Positions 1 to 7,629 of a stretch of 18,103 nt of DNA are shown piece after piece. Positions within the stretch are counted from its first letter, which is position 1. Every line of letters starts with the position of its first letter. The notes under the pieces were generated by a model. The model had not been told where the DNA came from, made no database searches, and worked only from the letters and a program-made list of their open reading frames with translations. The position numbers were made by a program, and so were the translations under genes. Source of the DNA: an uncultured Bacilli bacterium (GTDB taxonomy: Bacteria > Bacillota_I > Bacilli_A > RF39 > UBA660); assembly GCA_934120015.1 (NCBI GenBank), contig CAKOTD010000024.1:1-18103 (forward strand), read 5' to 3'.

Positions 1-372
1 AAAATCCTTCCTTGGTTATATATTTCTATATTACCATAGAAAGGATTTATCTTTACACAAAATTATTTACAGACTCAGAATAGTGTTATTAATCATATAA
101 ATAGTAATGCAAATATTTCATTACATGATAAATTTAAAGATGATGTAGATATTAGTAGCTTATATTATTTTGTTTTAGATAAAATAAAGGATTATGTTCC
201 TTTAAAGTCAACATTAGTAGATAATTATATTGTGAAATGTCATGATAGTATATCTACTATAAATAATAAAGAAACATCTTTTATTGAAGTATGTACATAT
301 ATTAATACAAAAAAAATAATCACTATGTATCCTGTACTTTGTGATTATTATGATAAAATTCCTATAAAAAAA

Positions 373-1074
373 TTAGTATGAATTATTTTTGTTTTTTATA
401 TACTCTTTGAGCATTTTTGTAAGTGCTCTTTTTTCTATTCTTGAAACATAACTTCTTGAAATACCTAGTTCTTTAGCAATTTCTTTTTGTGTTATTTCAT
501 CACATCCATTTAAACCATATCTTTTAATAATAATATCTTTTTCTCTATCATTTAAGGTTTTAAAGTAATTTTTTAATAATTCTAAATTATTTTGATTGTG
601 CAAATCTAGTGCAAAATCAGGCTTAGGTGTTTTTAAAATATCTATAAATGTAATTTCATTACCATCTTTATCAAAGCCAACAGATTCATTTATGCTTATA
701 TTTTTACTATTTTTTTTATTGCTACGATAATACATTCTGATTTCATTTTCAATACATCTTGCACAATACGTAGTTATTCTAGTTCCATGTTTATATGAAT
801 AACTATCTATACCTTTTATTAACCCAATAGTTCCAATACTAATTAGATCATCAGCATCATCTTTTTTATGATCATATTTTTTTACAATATGGGCAACTAA
901 TCTAAGATTATGTTCTATAAGCTTGCTTCTAGCCTCTTTATCTCCTTTAAGTGCTAGTTCGACATATTTTTCTTCATCTTCTTTAGAAAGGGGATCAGGA
1001 AAAATATTATTAGAATATGCAGCTGTAAAAAGATAAAAGTCTTTAAATAATAAATTAATTAATTTCCTTAACAT
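373..1074 (-). CDS. sigK: Sporulation sigma factor SigK precursor (pro-sigma-K), uninterrupted
   Basis: ORF 373..1083(-). Motifs are collinear with B. subtilis SigK as I remember it: NNIFPDPLS at the pro-sequence junction, LIEHNLRLVAHIVKKY, DLISIGTIGLIKGI, ARCIENEI, ISRSYVSRIEKRAL. I place the start at ATG 1074..1072 (MLRKLINLL...) because AGGAG (plus-strand CTCCT 1083-1087) lies 8 nt upstream. The GTG at 1083 used by the ORF track sits inside that RBS. There is no skin-type insertion. Confidence 0.85.
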   Translation of the reverse strand: MLRKLINLLFKDFYLFTAAYSNNIFPDPLSKEDEEKYVELALKGDKEARSKLIEHNLRLVAHIVKKYDHKKDDADDLISIGTIGLIKGIDSYSYKHGTRITTYCARCIENEIRMYYRSNKKNSKNISINESVGFDKDGNEITFIDILKTPKPDFALDLHNQNNLELLKNYFKTLNDREKDIIIKRYGLNGCDEITQKEIAKELGISRSYVSRIEKRALTKMLKEYIKNKNNSY

Positions 1075-1117
1075 ATATCTCACTCCTAATAAAAGATTAT
1101 GTTTTTATTTTCCAATA

Positions 1118-1146
1118 TTTACAAAATAATTTTTTTGATTTATAAT
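1118..1146 (+). promoter_or_regulatory. Sigma-A-type promoter for the RelA/SpoT-like gene (TTTACA-N17-TATAAT)
   Basis: -35 TTTACA at 1118-1123, a 17-nt spacer, -10 TATAAT at 1141-1146. The predicted transcription start lies downstream of the TTG at 1149, which argues for the ATG at 1170 as the start codon. Confidence 0.5.
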
Positions 1147-1169
1147 ATTTGAAAAGTTGGGTGAAAAGT

Positions 1170-2384
1170 ATGATGAATGTGAATTTTGAAACAATGAAGA
1201 AATTTTTTGAAGTAAATAGTATGCAGGAAGAGTTATTAAGAAAAGCATTTAAATTAAATAACAAATACTATTATCTTAGTCCTGATAATATAAATAGTAA
1301 AATAGCACTAGAAACTGGGATACTTTTATTTTTGGATTTGTGTGCAGATTTTGATACAATTATAGCAAGTATGATATATAGATCAACAGTTTCATTAGGA
1401 ATATCTACAGAAAAAATTAAAGAAGAATTTAATGAGGAAATAGCAAAAAAAGTAGGTTTATTAGGACTTTTCGATACAAATTTAGTTAAACCTAGTATTA
1501 ATAATAGATTTTATATGGCAAAATTAATAGGTGTTGATGTAAAAGTTCCTATTATAAAATTAGTAGAAAGAATTGTAACATTCCATTATATTGATAAACT
1601 ATCAGAACAAGAACTTGCTGATTTTGTTATTGAGACATTGGATTATTATGTACCAATAACAAAAATACTTGGTATATATAAATTAAAAAACAACTTAGAA
1701 GATTTGTGTTTTAGATTTGATAATAATTATGAAAAGACACAAGAGATAAAGAAACATATTAGTGAAAGATATAATAATATTATAACTTGTATTAAGCAAA
1801 AATTAGATAATAGCCCTATAACTTTTAAAGAAGATGTGACATTTAAAATAAATCAAAGAAGTAATTATGATATATATAGAAAAGCTTTAGAAGCAGAAAA
1901 AACAGTTGAAGAACTTAATAATGATGATGATATTAGACTTTCTGGTTTTTGTTCTATAAAGTGCTTAGTAAAAAGTAAACAAGAGTGTTATATTATGATT
2001 TATTTAATTCACCAGTTTATGCATCAAATAGGATCATTTAATGATTTTATTGGTGGAGATCAAGGAAATGAATATCATTCAATTCATACTAATGTTTTTA
2101 TTGATAATACTCTAGTAGATTTTAGGATTTGTACTAATGAAATGGATAACATTAATCATTATGGTGTTGTATCAGATTGGAAGAATAATCCTAATCTCCA
2201 AGAAAGATTGAAAAATAATTACAATTTTTATAATCAGTTACTAGCACTAGATGATTATATGGATAAAAAAGAATTTGTAAAAAGATATATTACAGATATA
2301 GTAGATGCTAAGGTAGAAAAAAATTCATATATAAATATACCTACTCAAAAAGTATTAAAAAAGTTTTATCACGATGAAGACTAA
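1170..2384 (+). CDS. Divergent RelA/SpoT-homolog N-terminal-half protein (HD-like plus synthetase-like domains, catalytic motifs degenerate, no TGS/ACT region)
   Basis: ORF 1149..2384. The ATG at 1170 is preceded by GGGTGA. Collinear with the long-RSH N-terminal half: DVKVPIIKLVERIVTFHYI...VIETLDYYVPITKILGIYKLKNNLEDLCFRF resembles DIRVILIKLADRLHNMRTL...ETLEIYAPLAxRLGIxxIKxELEDLxF. QRSNYDIYRKA, ECYIMIYLIHQF, FNDFIGGDQGNEYHSIHT and VDFRICTNEMDNINHYGV resemble GRxKHxYSIYRKM, CYxxLGxIH, FKDYIAxPKxNGYQSLHT and EVQIRTxEMHxxAExGV. The HD, RxKD and EVQIRT catalytic residues are substituted. Confidence 0.6.
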   Translation: MMNVNFETMKKFFEVNSMQEELLRKAFKLNNKYYYLSPDNINSKIALETGILLFLDLCADFDTIIASMIYRSTVSLGISTEKIKEEFNEEIAKKVGLLGLFDTNLVKPSINNRFYMAKLIGVDVKVPIIKLVERIVTFHYIDKLSEQELADFVIETLDYYVPITKILGIYKLKNNLEDLCFRFDNNYEKTQEIKKHISERYNNIITCIKQKLDNSPITFKEDVTFKINQRSNYDIYRKALEAEKTVEELNNDDDIRLSGFCSIKCLVKSKQECYIMIYLIHQFMHQIGSFNDFIGGDQGNEYHSIHTNVFIDNTLVDFRICTNEMDNINHYGVVSDWKNNPNLQERLKNNYNFYNQLLALDDYMDKKEFVKRYITDIVDAKVEKNSYINIPTQKVLKKFYHDED

Positions 2385-2406
2385 ACTAGAAGTTTAGTTT
2401 TTTTTT
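2381..2406 (+). terminator. Rho-independent terminator after the RelA/SpoT-like gene
   Basis: CTAAACT (2381-2387) pairs with AGTTTAG (2391-2397) around a short loop, followed by a run of 9 T. The hairpin overlaps the TAA stop at 2382-2384. Confidence 0.55.
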
Positions 2407-2453
2407 AAGGATTAATTTTTTATTTGTCGTAATATCTATATGGAGGTGATACA

Positions 2454-4139
2454 ATGAAAAAGATAATCTTAATATTATTTTTTTTCATTTCTTGTGTAGA
2501 TATTAAAGCAGAAGTTTTTTATTCAGATTATGGATCCTATAGTGCTTTCACAGAAGAATTTATAAAAGAAGATGATTTAATTAGTGTTGATATACAAAAA
2601 AGATATAAATTATATAATGAAATACGAAGTAATGGAAACTATTATATTGAGGGAAATAATGAGAAAGATTTTCCTTATATTGATAGGGATGATTATATTG
2701 TTACAGATTTTACTGACTGGGTAGATAAAATACCAGATTATGTTCCAAATAGAATGCTTGAAAGTAAAATTATATATGAGTATAGTAAAATGAAAAAGAT
2801 AAGATATATTCATTTATATAATTTTTATGGGAATAATGGTGTCTTTAAAATGGCAGAGTTACGTGTATATAGTAATAATATAGAAATACCTATTAAAGTA
2901 TTTTGTGAAAATTGTAGTGAAAATTTTTCACAAAATGTATTAGATGGTAATAATTATTCGGTTAGGGGATATGTTAAAAATACAACTGGATATATTAGGA
3001 TAGATTTAAATGATTATTATGATGTTGATACCTTGTTGATAGTTCCCTATGTTGCAGATTCATCGAGTGAAAAGAAACGATATTCATTAAAATTTACTAG
3101 AGAAGAGGATTTTAATAGTAGGTCTTATGTAAAGGGAAATTTTAATACTTATTTTCAACACCAAACTGAGGATATAGCAAGTCCATATTCTTTTGATAAA
3201 AAAAATTATCAAGTAGATGATCCTCTATATGAAGAAAGTAAAATTAGTGGTGGAATGGTTTTAGAAACGCTAACAACAAAAGTGGTAGAACATAAATTAT
3301 ATCGTTATAAAGATAAACTATATAGATATTATAAATATAAAAAAGAATATAGTGCTGATTATTATAGTGATAAAAATGACAAATTTAAATATATAGACAA
3401 AGAAAATTATAAACTTTATTACCGTTATAAAAAAAGGGAAAAATTTGAAATAATTGATGATTTAATAATAGATTCATACAACTTTAATTTACATAAATTT
3501 ATATTAAATAGTACATTAGATAATATTAAGGTACAAAGTAATGTTAATGAAAAAATAAATGGTATATATAGTGTTAAATTTATATTGCCATTTATAGAAA
3601 TAGAAAGAAAAGTAGTTGTTGATATTGATGAAAATAAGAAAAATGAAAAAGAAAAAATTAAGGAAGATTTAGAAAATATTAAAAATGAACAGATTAAAGA
3701 TTTAACTAATGAAAATAAAAAATTACAAGATAAATTAAATTTAGAAATTTCAGATTTAATTAAAGAATTTAATAAGTGTAAGAGCTTATTAGATGAAACC
3801 GGAAAAAATAATTTATTATTAATAAATGAAATAAATAATTGTAATCAAAGGATAATAAATCAGAATCAAAATATTGATAGTTTAAAAAGAATAAATAATA
3901 ATAATTTAGATATATATAATAAAGAAATTAATGAAATAAAATTTAGTTTAACCAATTTAGAAAATAAAAATAATAAATTGAATAATTCATATAATATGTG
4001 TTTGAATTCAAAAAAGGAGTATTATAATCAAATTAATAGTATAAAAAGTAGTAGTCATGATAAAAAGATTATTCTTTTAATAATATTACTAATTACAATT
4101 ATTTCCTCTGGTATTTATATAAAACATAAAAAAATGTAG
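2454..4139 (+). CDS. Membrane-anchored surface protein: signal peptide or possible lipobox, globular N-domain, Asn/Lys-rich coiled-coil stalk, C-terminal TM anchor
   Basis: 561-aa ORF with a GGAGGTG RBS 7 nt upstream. The N-terminus MKKIILILFFFISCVDIKA is a hydrophobic signal (FISC is lipobox-like, IKA-E is a possible signal-peptidase I site). Residues ~390-530 are heptad-like N/K/E/L-rich (EKEKIKEDLENIKNEQIKDLTNENKKLQDKLNLE...). The C-terminus KKIILLIILLITIISSGIYIKHKKM is a TM segment with a basic tail. I recognise no family. Confidence 0.65.
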   Translation: MKKIILILFFFISCVDIKAEVFYSDYGSYSAFTEEFIKEDDLISVDIQKRYKLYNEIRSNGNYYIEGNNEKDFPYIDRDDYIVTDFTDWVDKIPDYVPNRMLESKIIYEYSKMKKIRYIHLYNFYGNNGVFKMAELRVYSNNIEIPIKVFCENCSENFSQNVLDGNNYSVRGYVKNTTGYIRIDLNDYYDVDTLLIVPYVADSSSEKKRYSLKFTREEDFNSRSYVKGNFNTYFQHQTEDIASPYSFDKKNYQVDDPLYEESKISGGMVLETLTTKVVEHKLYRYKDKLYRYYKYKKEYSADYYSDKNDKFKYIDKENYKLYYRYKKREKFEIIDDLIIDSYNFNLHKFILNSTLDNIKVQSNVNEKINGIYSVKFILPFIEIERKVVVDIDENKKNEKEKIKEDLENIKNEQIKDLTNENKKLQDKLNLEISDLIKEFNKCKSLLDETGKNNLLLINEINNCNQRIINQNQNIDSLKRINNNNLDIYNKEINEIKFSLTNLENKNNKLNNSYNMCLNSKKEYYNQINSIKSSSHDKKIILLIILLITIISSGIYIKHKKM

Positions 4140-4160
4140 AATTAAAATTTATTCTAGTTT
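4137..4160 (+). terminator. Weak terminator-like hairpin after the surface-protein gene
   Basis: TAGAAT (4137-4142) pairs with ATTCTA (4151-4156) across an 8-nt loop, followed by GTTTT. The stem is AT-rich and short, so support is modest. Confidence 0.35.
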
Positions 4161-4167
4161 TGTCGAA
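4161..4167 (+). promoter_or_regulatory. Perfect Spo0A-box heptamer (TGTCGAA) upstream of spoIIAA
   Basis: TGTCGAA at 4161-4167, about 50 nt upstream of the spoIIAA ATG. In B. subtilis the spoIIA promoter is Spo0A~P activated through 0A boxes. A 7-mer can occur by chance, so the support is positional only. Confidence 0.4.
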
Positions 4168-4217
4168 TATATATTCAAATAATAATGATTGTGATAAATT
4201 TGTATTTGAGGTGATGC

Positions 4218-4562
4218 ATGTTAGAAATTGATATAGATAATAAGAAGGGATTTTTGTTCGTTAAAGTAAGTGGGGAATTAAACGAAAAAACCATTGTAAA
4301 GTGGGATAATGATGTAAAAGATTTAATAATAGATAATGGCGTTAGAAATGTTGTTTTTGATATATCAAATTTGAATAACATTGATATAAATGGTATTAAA
4401 TCTCTATATTATAGTTATAACATTTGCAGAAAGAATAAAGGTATTGCCTTTCTATGTGGTATCAGTAACTTAATAAGAGAAAAACTTAATAAAAGTAATA
4501 TCTTAAATTATATTAATGAAGTAAAAGATGAAAAAACAATATTATCTATTATAACATTATAG
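4218..4562 (+). CDS. spoIIAA: STAS-domain anti-sigma-factor antagonist, SpoIIAA-like, with the phospho-acceptor serine replaced
   Basis: 114-aa ORF with a GAGGTG RBS. It aligns without gaps to B. subtilis SpoIIAA over ~100 aa (SGEL, VRNVVFDISNLNNIDINGIKSL versus [23 protein letters not shown]). It sits immediately upstream of sigF. The D-S58-S-G position is D-I-N-G here (Ile codon ATA at 4386-4388). Confidence 0.8.
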   Translation: MLEIDIDNKKGFLFVKVSGELNEKTIVKWDNDVKDLIIDNGVRNVVFDISNLNNIDINGIKSLYYSYNICRKNKGIAFLCGISNLIREKLNKSNILNYINEVKDEKTILSIITL

Positions 4563-4569
4563 GAGAGAT

Positions 4570-5229
4570 ATGATTGATAATGAAGAACTGATTATTAATA
4601 ATCAAAACTTAATTTATTATATTATTAATACATATTTTGGAAACTATCAAAATAAAAATGATCTTTTTCAGGTTGGCTGCATTGGATTAATTAAAGCTAG
4701 TAAAAATTATAATCAACAATACAATACTAAATTTTCTACATATGCATTTTCCTATATAATGGGTGAAATAAAGAATTATATAAGAAGTGATAAGGGAATA
4801 AAAATTAGTCATGATATGCAAAAAATTGCTTACAAAGTAGAAAAAGTTAGAATTATGTTATATCAAAAATTAATGCGTGAACCAACTATAGAAGAATTAT
4901 CAAACTTTTTAAATATTCAAGAACAAAAGTTAAAAGAAATTATGTGCATACCAACAGGTATACAAAGCTTGGATGAAACATTTGATGATTCAGATAATGA
5001 TTATTATGAATATGTTGCTAGTGATCAAAATAGGAATATTGATGATATAATTGCTTTAAGAGATAGTATAAAAGATTTAAATGAGCTTGAACAAAAAATA
5101 ATTAAAATTAGATACAAATATGATATGACACAAACAGAAACAGCTAAAATATTAGGCATGAGTCAGGTTCAGGTTTCAAGAAATGAAAAAAAAGTTTTGA
5201 TAAAATTAAGAGACAAATTACGTGTGTAA
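4570..5229 (+). CDS. sigF: Forespore sigma factor of the SigF/SigG family, called sigF by position
   Basis: 219-aa ORF. An AGGAG RBS (4561-4565) overlaps the spoIIAA stop. Motifs: DLFQVGCIGLIKA, KFSTYAFSYIMGEIKNYIR, GIKISHDMQKIAYK, MSQVQVSRNEKKVL. Synteny spoIIAA-sigF-spoVA matches Bacillus and Clostridium. Some motifs (DLFQVGCIGL, IAYK) look as close to SigG as to SigF. It is short at the N-terminus compared with B. subtilis SigF. Confidence 0.8.
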   Translation: MIDNEELIINNQNLIYYIINTYFGNYQNKNDLFQVGCIGLIKASKNYNQQYNTKFSTYAFSYIMGEIKNYIRSDKGIKISHDMQKIAYKVEKVRIMLYQKLMREPTIEELSNFLNIQEQKLKEIMCIPTGIQSLDETFDDSDNDYYEYVASDQNRNIDDIIALRDSIKDLNELEQKIIKIRYKYDMTQTETAKILGMSQVQVSRNEKKVLIKLRDKLRV

Positions 5230-5241
5230 TTTGTCTTTTTG
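5211..5241 (+). terminator. Rho-independent terminator of the spoIIA operon
   Basis: Perfect 10-bp stem AGACAAATTA (5211-5220) / TAATTTGTCT (5227-5236) with loop CGTGTG, followed by TTTT. The hairpin contains the sigF stop codon. Confidence 0.7.
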
Positions 5242-5270
5242 TATAAAGTTAAATCTTTTCTCCCATAATA
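5241..5270 (+). promoter_or_regulatory. Sigma-G/sigma-F-type forespore promoter for spoVA (GTATA-N18-CATAATA)
   Basis: GTATA at 5241-5245, an 18-nt spacer, CATAATA at 5264-5270. This matches the B. subtilis sigma-G consensus GHATR-N17/18-CATXHTA as I recall it. It lies directly upstream of the AGGAGG RBS of spoVAC, and spoVA is sigma-G dependent in B. subtilis. Confidence 0.55.
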
Positions 5271-5288
5271 GTTAAGAGGAGGAAAGAT

Positions 5289-5729
5289 ATGGAAAAAAAT
5301 AAATACAAGAAAATTGTAAAAAAGTATACACCAAATGAGAATAGAATTTATAATGGCTTAATTGCTTTTATAACAGGGGGACTAATGGGAATGTTAGGAC
5401 AATTTTTACTTGAAGTTTATTCATATTTCTTAAATATTCCTACTAAGGAAGCAGGAACCTTTATGATTATAACTTTAATAGCAATTGGTTGTCTACTTAC
5501 TTGTTTTGGCTTCTTTGATAAAATAGTTAACTTTTGTAAAGCTGGTTTATTAATACCAATAACAGGTTTTGCTCATTCAATGATGAGTGCAGCACTTGAA
5601 TATAAAAAAGAGGGATTAGTTACAGGTATAGGCGCTAATATGTTTAAATTAGCAGGAACTGTAATTGTTTTCGGAGTAGTATCTGCCTATGTTTTTGGTT
5701 TAATTAGAATAATAATATTTGGAGGCTAA
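5289..5729 (+). CDS. spoVAC: Stage V sporulation protein AC (dipicolinate channel component)
   Basis: 146-aa polytopic membrane protein with a GAGGAGG RBS. It shows the typical SpoVAC/SpoVAEb-family pattern (GGLMGMLGQ..., PITGFAHSM, GANMFKLAG) and is the first gene of a spoVAC-AD-AEb triplet. Confidence 0.88.
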   Translation: MEKNKYKKIVKKYTPNENRIYNGLIAFITGGLMGMLGQFLLEVYSYFLNIPTKEAGTFMIITLIAIGCLLTCFGFFDKIVNFCKAGLLIPITGFAHSMMSAALEYKKEGLVTGIGANMFKLAGTVIVFGVVSAYVFGLIRIIIFGG

Positions 5730-5730
5730 G

Positions 5731-6720
5731 ATGACAATAAAATATGATAATGTTTATATAAATGAAACTGCAACAGTTACTGGTCCTTATGAGAAAAAAG
5801 GACCATTACAAGGATATTTTGATAAAGGCTATGATGACTTTTATTTTGGAATGCCAACATGGGAACAAGCTGAAGGTAAACTTATAGAGGAGTCTATAGA
5901 TATTTTACTTGCAAAAATAGGTAAAACAAGATTTGATATAGATCTTCATATTTCAGGAGACTTATTAAATCAAATAGTTGCTTCTAACTATGCCTCTGCA
6001 TCTTTAGAAATACCTTTTTTAGGTATATATAATGCTTGTGCAACTAGTGTTGAAGGTATAATAATTGCTTCTAATATGATTGAAAGCAAACAGATTAAAA
6101 ACTGCATTTGTAGTGTATCATCACATAATAATGCAGCAGAAAAACAGTTTAGATATCCCGTCGAATATGGTGGACCTAAACCTAAAACTACAACATTTAC
6201 TACTACTGGTGGTGCAGCATGCTATATTACTTATAATAAATCTGGAATTAGGGTAGAAAGTAGTACAATAGGGATAGTTAATGATTTGGGAATAAAAGAT
6301 GCCTATAATATGGGGGCAGTAATGGCACCAGCCGCAGCTCAAACAATATATAGACACTTAAAAGATACAAAAAGGGAAGCTAACTATTATGATTTAATTT
6401 TAACAGGAGATTTAGGAATGTATGGTAAGAAAATATTAAAAGAATATATGCAAACTGAATATGGAATTGAACTAAAAAACTATAATGATACAGCAACAAT
6501 GATATATGATTTGGACAACCAGCCAGTATATGCTGGAGGTAGTGGTCCGGCATGTGCACCTCTTGTAACTTATGGCTATATATTTTCTCAGATGAAAAAG
6601 AAGAAATTAAAAAGGGTACTTTTAGTAGCAACCGGTGCTTTAATGTCAACAACAATGGTAAATCAAAAATTATCAATACCATCAGTTGCTCATGCAATTA
6701 GTTTGGAGGCTATAGAATGA
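5731..6720 (+). CDS. spoVAD: Stage V sporulation protein AD (thiolase-fold DPA-binding protein)
   Basis: ORF 5719..6720. I prefer the ATG at 5731 (MTIKYDNVYI...) because GGAGG at 5721-5725 lies 5 nt upstream, whereas the TTG at 5719 sits inside the spoVAC 3' end. Thiolase-like motifs: NACATSVEG, GGSGPACAP. Position is between spoVAC and spoVAEb. Confidence 0.88.
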   Translation: MTIKYDNVYINETATVTGPYEKKGPLQGYFDKGYDDFYFGMPTWEQAEGKLIEESIDILLAKIGKTRFDIDLHISGDLLNQIVASNYASASLEIPFLGIYNACATSVEGIIIASNMIESKQIKNCICSVSSHNNAAEKQFRYPVEYGGPKPKTTTFTTTGGAACYITYNKSGIRVESSTIGIVNDLGIKDAYNMGAVMAPAAAQTIYRHLKDTKREANYYDLILTGDLGMYGKKILKEYMQTEYGIELKNYNDTATMIYDLDNQPVYAGGSGPACAPLVTYGYIFSQMKKKKLKRVLLVATGALMSTTMVNQKLSIPSVAHAISLEAIE

Positions 6721-7067
6721 TATACTTAAATGCATTTTTATTTTGTGGATTTGTATGTTTAGTTGGACAAATAATACTTGATAATACAAAATTAACACCA
6801 GGGCACGTTACATCAATATTTGTTGTAGTTGGTGCTTTCTTAGACATATTTAGTCTTTATGATAAAATTGTTCTATGGGCAGGTGGAGGTGCTTTAGTTC
6901 CTATTACTAGTTTTGGTCATTTATTAATTCATGGAGCCCTTGAAAAAGCCGCCGATTTTGGATTTATAGGACTTGCTATGGGAATGTTTGATCTAACTTC
7001 ATCAGGAATTATTTCAGCAATAGTATTATCCTTTATTCTATCACTTTTTTTCAAACCAAAAAGTTAA
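6717..7067 (+). CDS. spoVAEB: Stage V sporulation protein AEb
   Basis: 116-aa membrane protein, a paralog of SpoVAC (GQIILDNTKLTPGHV, VPITSFGH). Its start overlaps the spoVAD stop (ATGA at 6717-6720), indicating translational coupling. Confidence 0.85.
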   Translation: MIYLNAFLFCGFVCLVGQIILDNTKLTPGHVTSIFVVVGAFLDIFSLYDKIVLWAGGGALVPITSFGHLLIHGALEKAADFGFIGLAMGMFDLTSSGIISAIVLSFILSLFFKPKS

Positions 7068-7070
7068 TTC

Positions 7071-7099
7071 TTGACTTAGACTATGACTTGGTATAAAAT
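7071..7099 (+). promoter_or_regulatory. Sigma-A-type promoter for the lipoprotein gene (TTGACT-N17-TAAAAT)
   Basis: TTGACT at 7071-7076, a 17-nt spacer, TAAAAT at 7094-7099. An alternative TATAAT at 7100-7105 has poor spacing. Confidence 0.45.
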
Positions 7100-7117
7100 T
7101 ATAATCAAGGGAGTGTA

Positions 7118-7549
7118 ATGTTTATGAAAAAGAAAACTTTTATTATCATGCTTATACTTGGAATTGTTTTTGTGACAGCTTGCCAAAAGAAAACTGAAGA
7201 ACAGAATGATGATCCAAATGCGGAAAAACCTAGAGAAGAGACTATTGCTAATACAAACGCCGATGTTATTAAAGAACAAATTATTGACGGATTAAAAATC
7301 GATAATATTTCAGTTGTTATAACAAAAGAACATACTGATTTTACTGCAGATGTAACAAATACAAATATTGAATCTGTTTATGTTAAATCATTTGATATTG
7401 TATTTAAAGATGAATTAGGAAATGAAATAACAAGAATGCTCGGTTTTGTTGGCACAACACTTGAACCAAATGTTTCAAAAGCTATTACAGCTGGAATTGA
7501 AATGGATTTATCTAATGTAAAGAGTGTGGAATATATTAGAAATTATTAA
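7118..7549 (+). CDS. Small secreted lipoprotein, beta-sandwich-like, unknown function
   Basis: 143-aa ORF. The signal plus lipobox MFMKKKTFIIMLILGIVFVTAC-Q puts the Cys after VTA. AAGGGAG RBS at 7107-7113. The start could be ATG 7118 or ATG 7124. The mature part alternates beta-strand-like segments (SVVITKEHTDFTADVTN..., FDIVFKDELGNEI). Confidence 0.7.
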   Translation: MFMKKKTFIIMLILGIVFVTACQKKTEEQNDDPNAEKPREETIANTNADVIKEQIIDGLKIDNISVVITKEHTDFTADVTNTNIESVYVKSFDIVFKDELGNEITRMLGFVGTTLEPNVSKAITAGIEMDLSNVKSVEYIRNY

Positions 7550-7568
7550 AAGAGCCTTGCTCTTTTTT
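7548..7568 (+). terminator. Rho-independent terminator after the lipoprotein gene
   Basis: AAAGAGC (7549-7555) pairs with GCTCTTT (7559-7565) around a short loop, followed by a T-run. It starts at the stop codon. Confidence 0.6.
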
Positions 7569-7569
7569 C

Positions 7570-7598
7570 TTGCAATTTTTTTCTTAAAAATGTATACT
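7570..7598 (+). promoter_or_regulatory. Sigma-A-type promoter for the giant pilin-like gene (TTGCAA-N17-TATACT)
   Basis: TTGCAA at 7570-7575, a 17-nt spacer ending in TG, TATACT at 7593-7598. An AAGGAG RBS follows at 7617-7622. Confidence 0.5.
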
Positions 7599-7629
7599 TA
7601 ATATATAAGAGATAGTAAGGAGAAACTAT

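Noticed and set aside
40-381. A 342-nt stop-free frame on the plus strand (…KGFIFTQNYLQ…IITMYPVLCDYYDKIPIKKLV*) that converges on and overlaps the sigK 3' end by 9 nt. It is preceded by an inverted repeat (AAATCCTT at 2-9 / AAGGATTT at 41-48).
   Set aside because: It has no ATG, GTG or TTG start that gives a reasonable length, an in-frame TAG at 37-39, and no RBS or motif I can name. It may be the decayed 3' end of a gene or non-coding sequence, and I cannot support a call.
958-964. A second perfect Spo0A-box heptamer (TTCGACA on plus, which is TGTCGAA on minus) inside the sigK coding region. There is also a near-box, TGTCGTA, at 2425-2431.
   Set aside because: The sigK copy is intragenic and encodes part of KYVELAL. 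One or two chance occurrences of a 7-mer are expected in 36 kb of two-strand sequence. Neither site has a positional argument for function.
4136-4170. Possible sigma-H promoter for spoIIAA: an AGGA-like GTAGAATTA as -35 and GTCGAATAT matching the RnnGAATww -10.
   Set aside because: The two elements are 17 nt apart, whereas the sigma-H consensus spacing I recall is about 11-12 nt. The -35 has a mismatch in the AGGA core. The GAAT is simply part of the 0A box.
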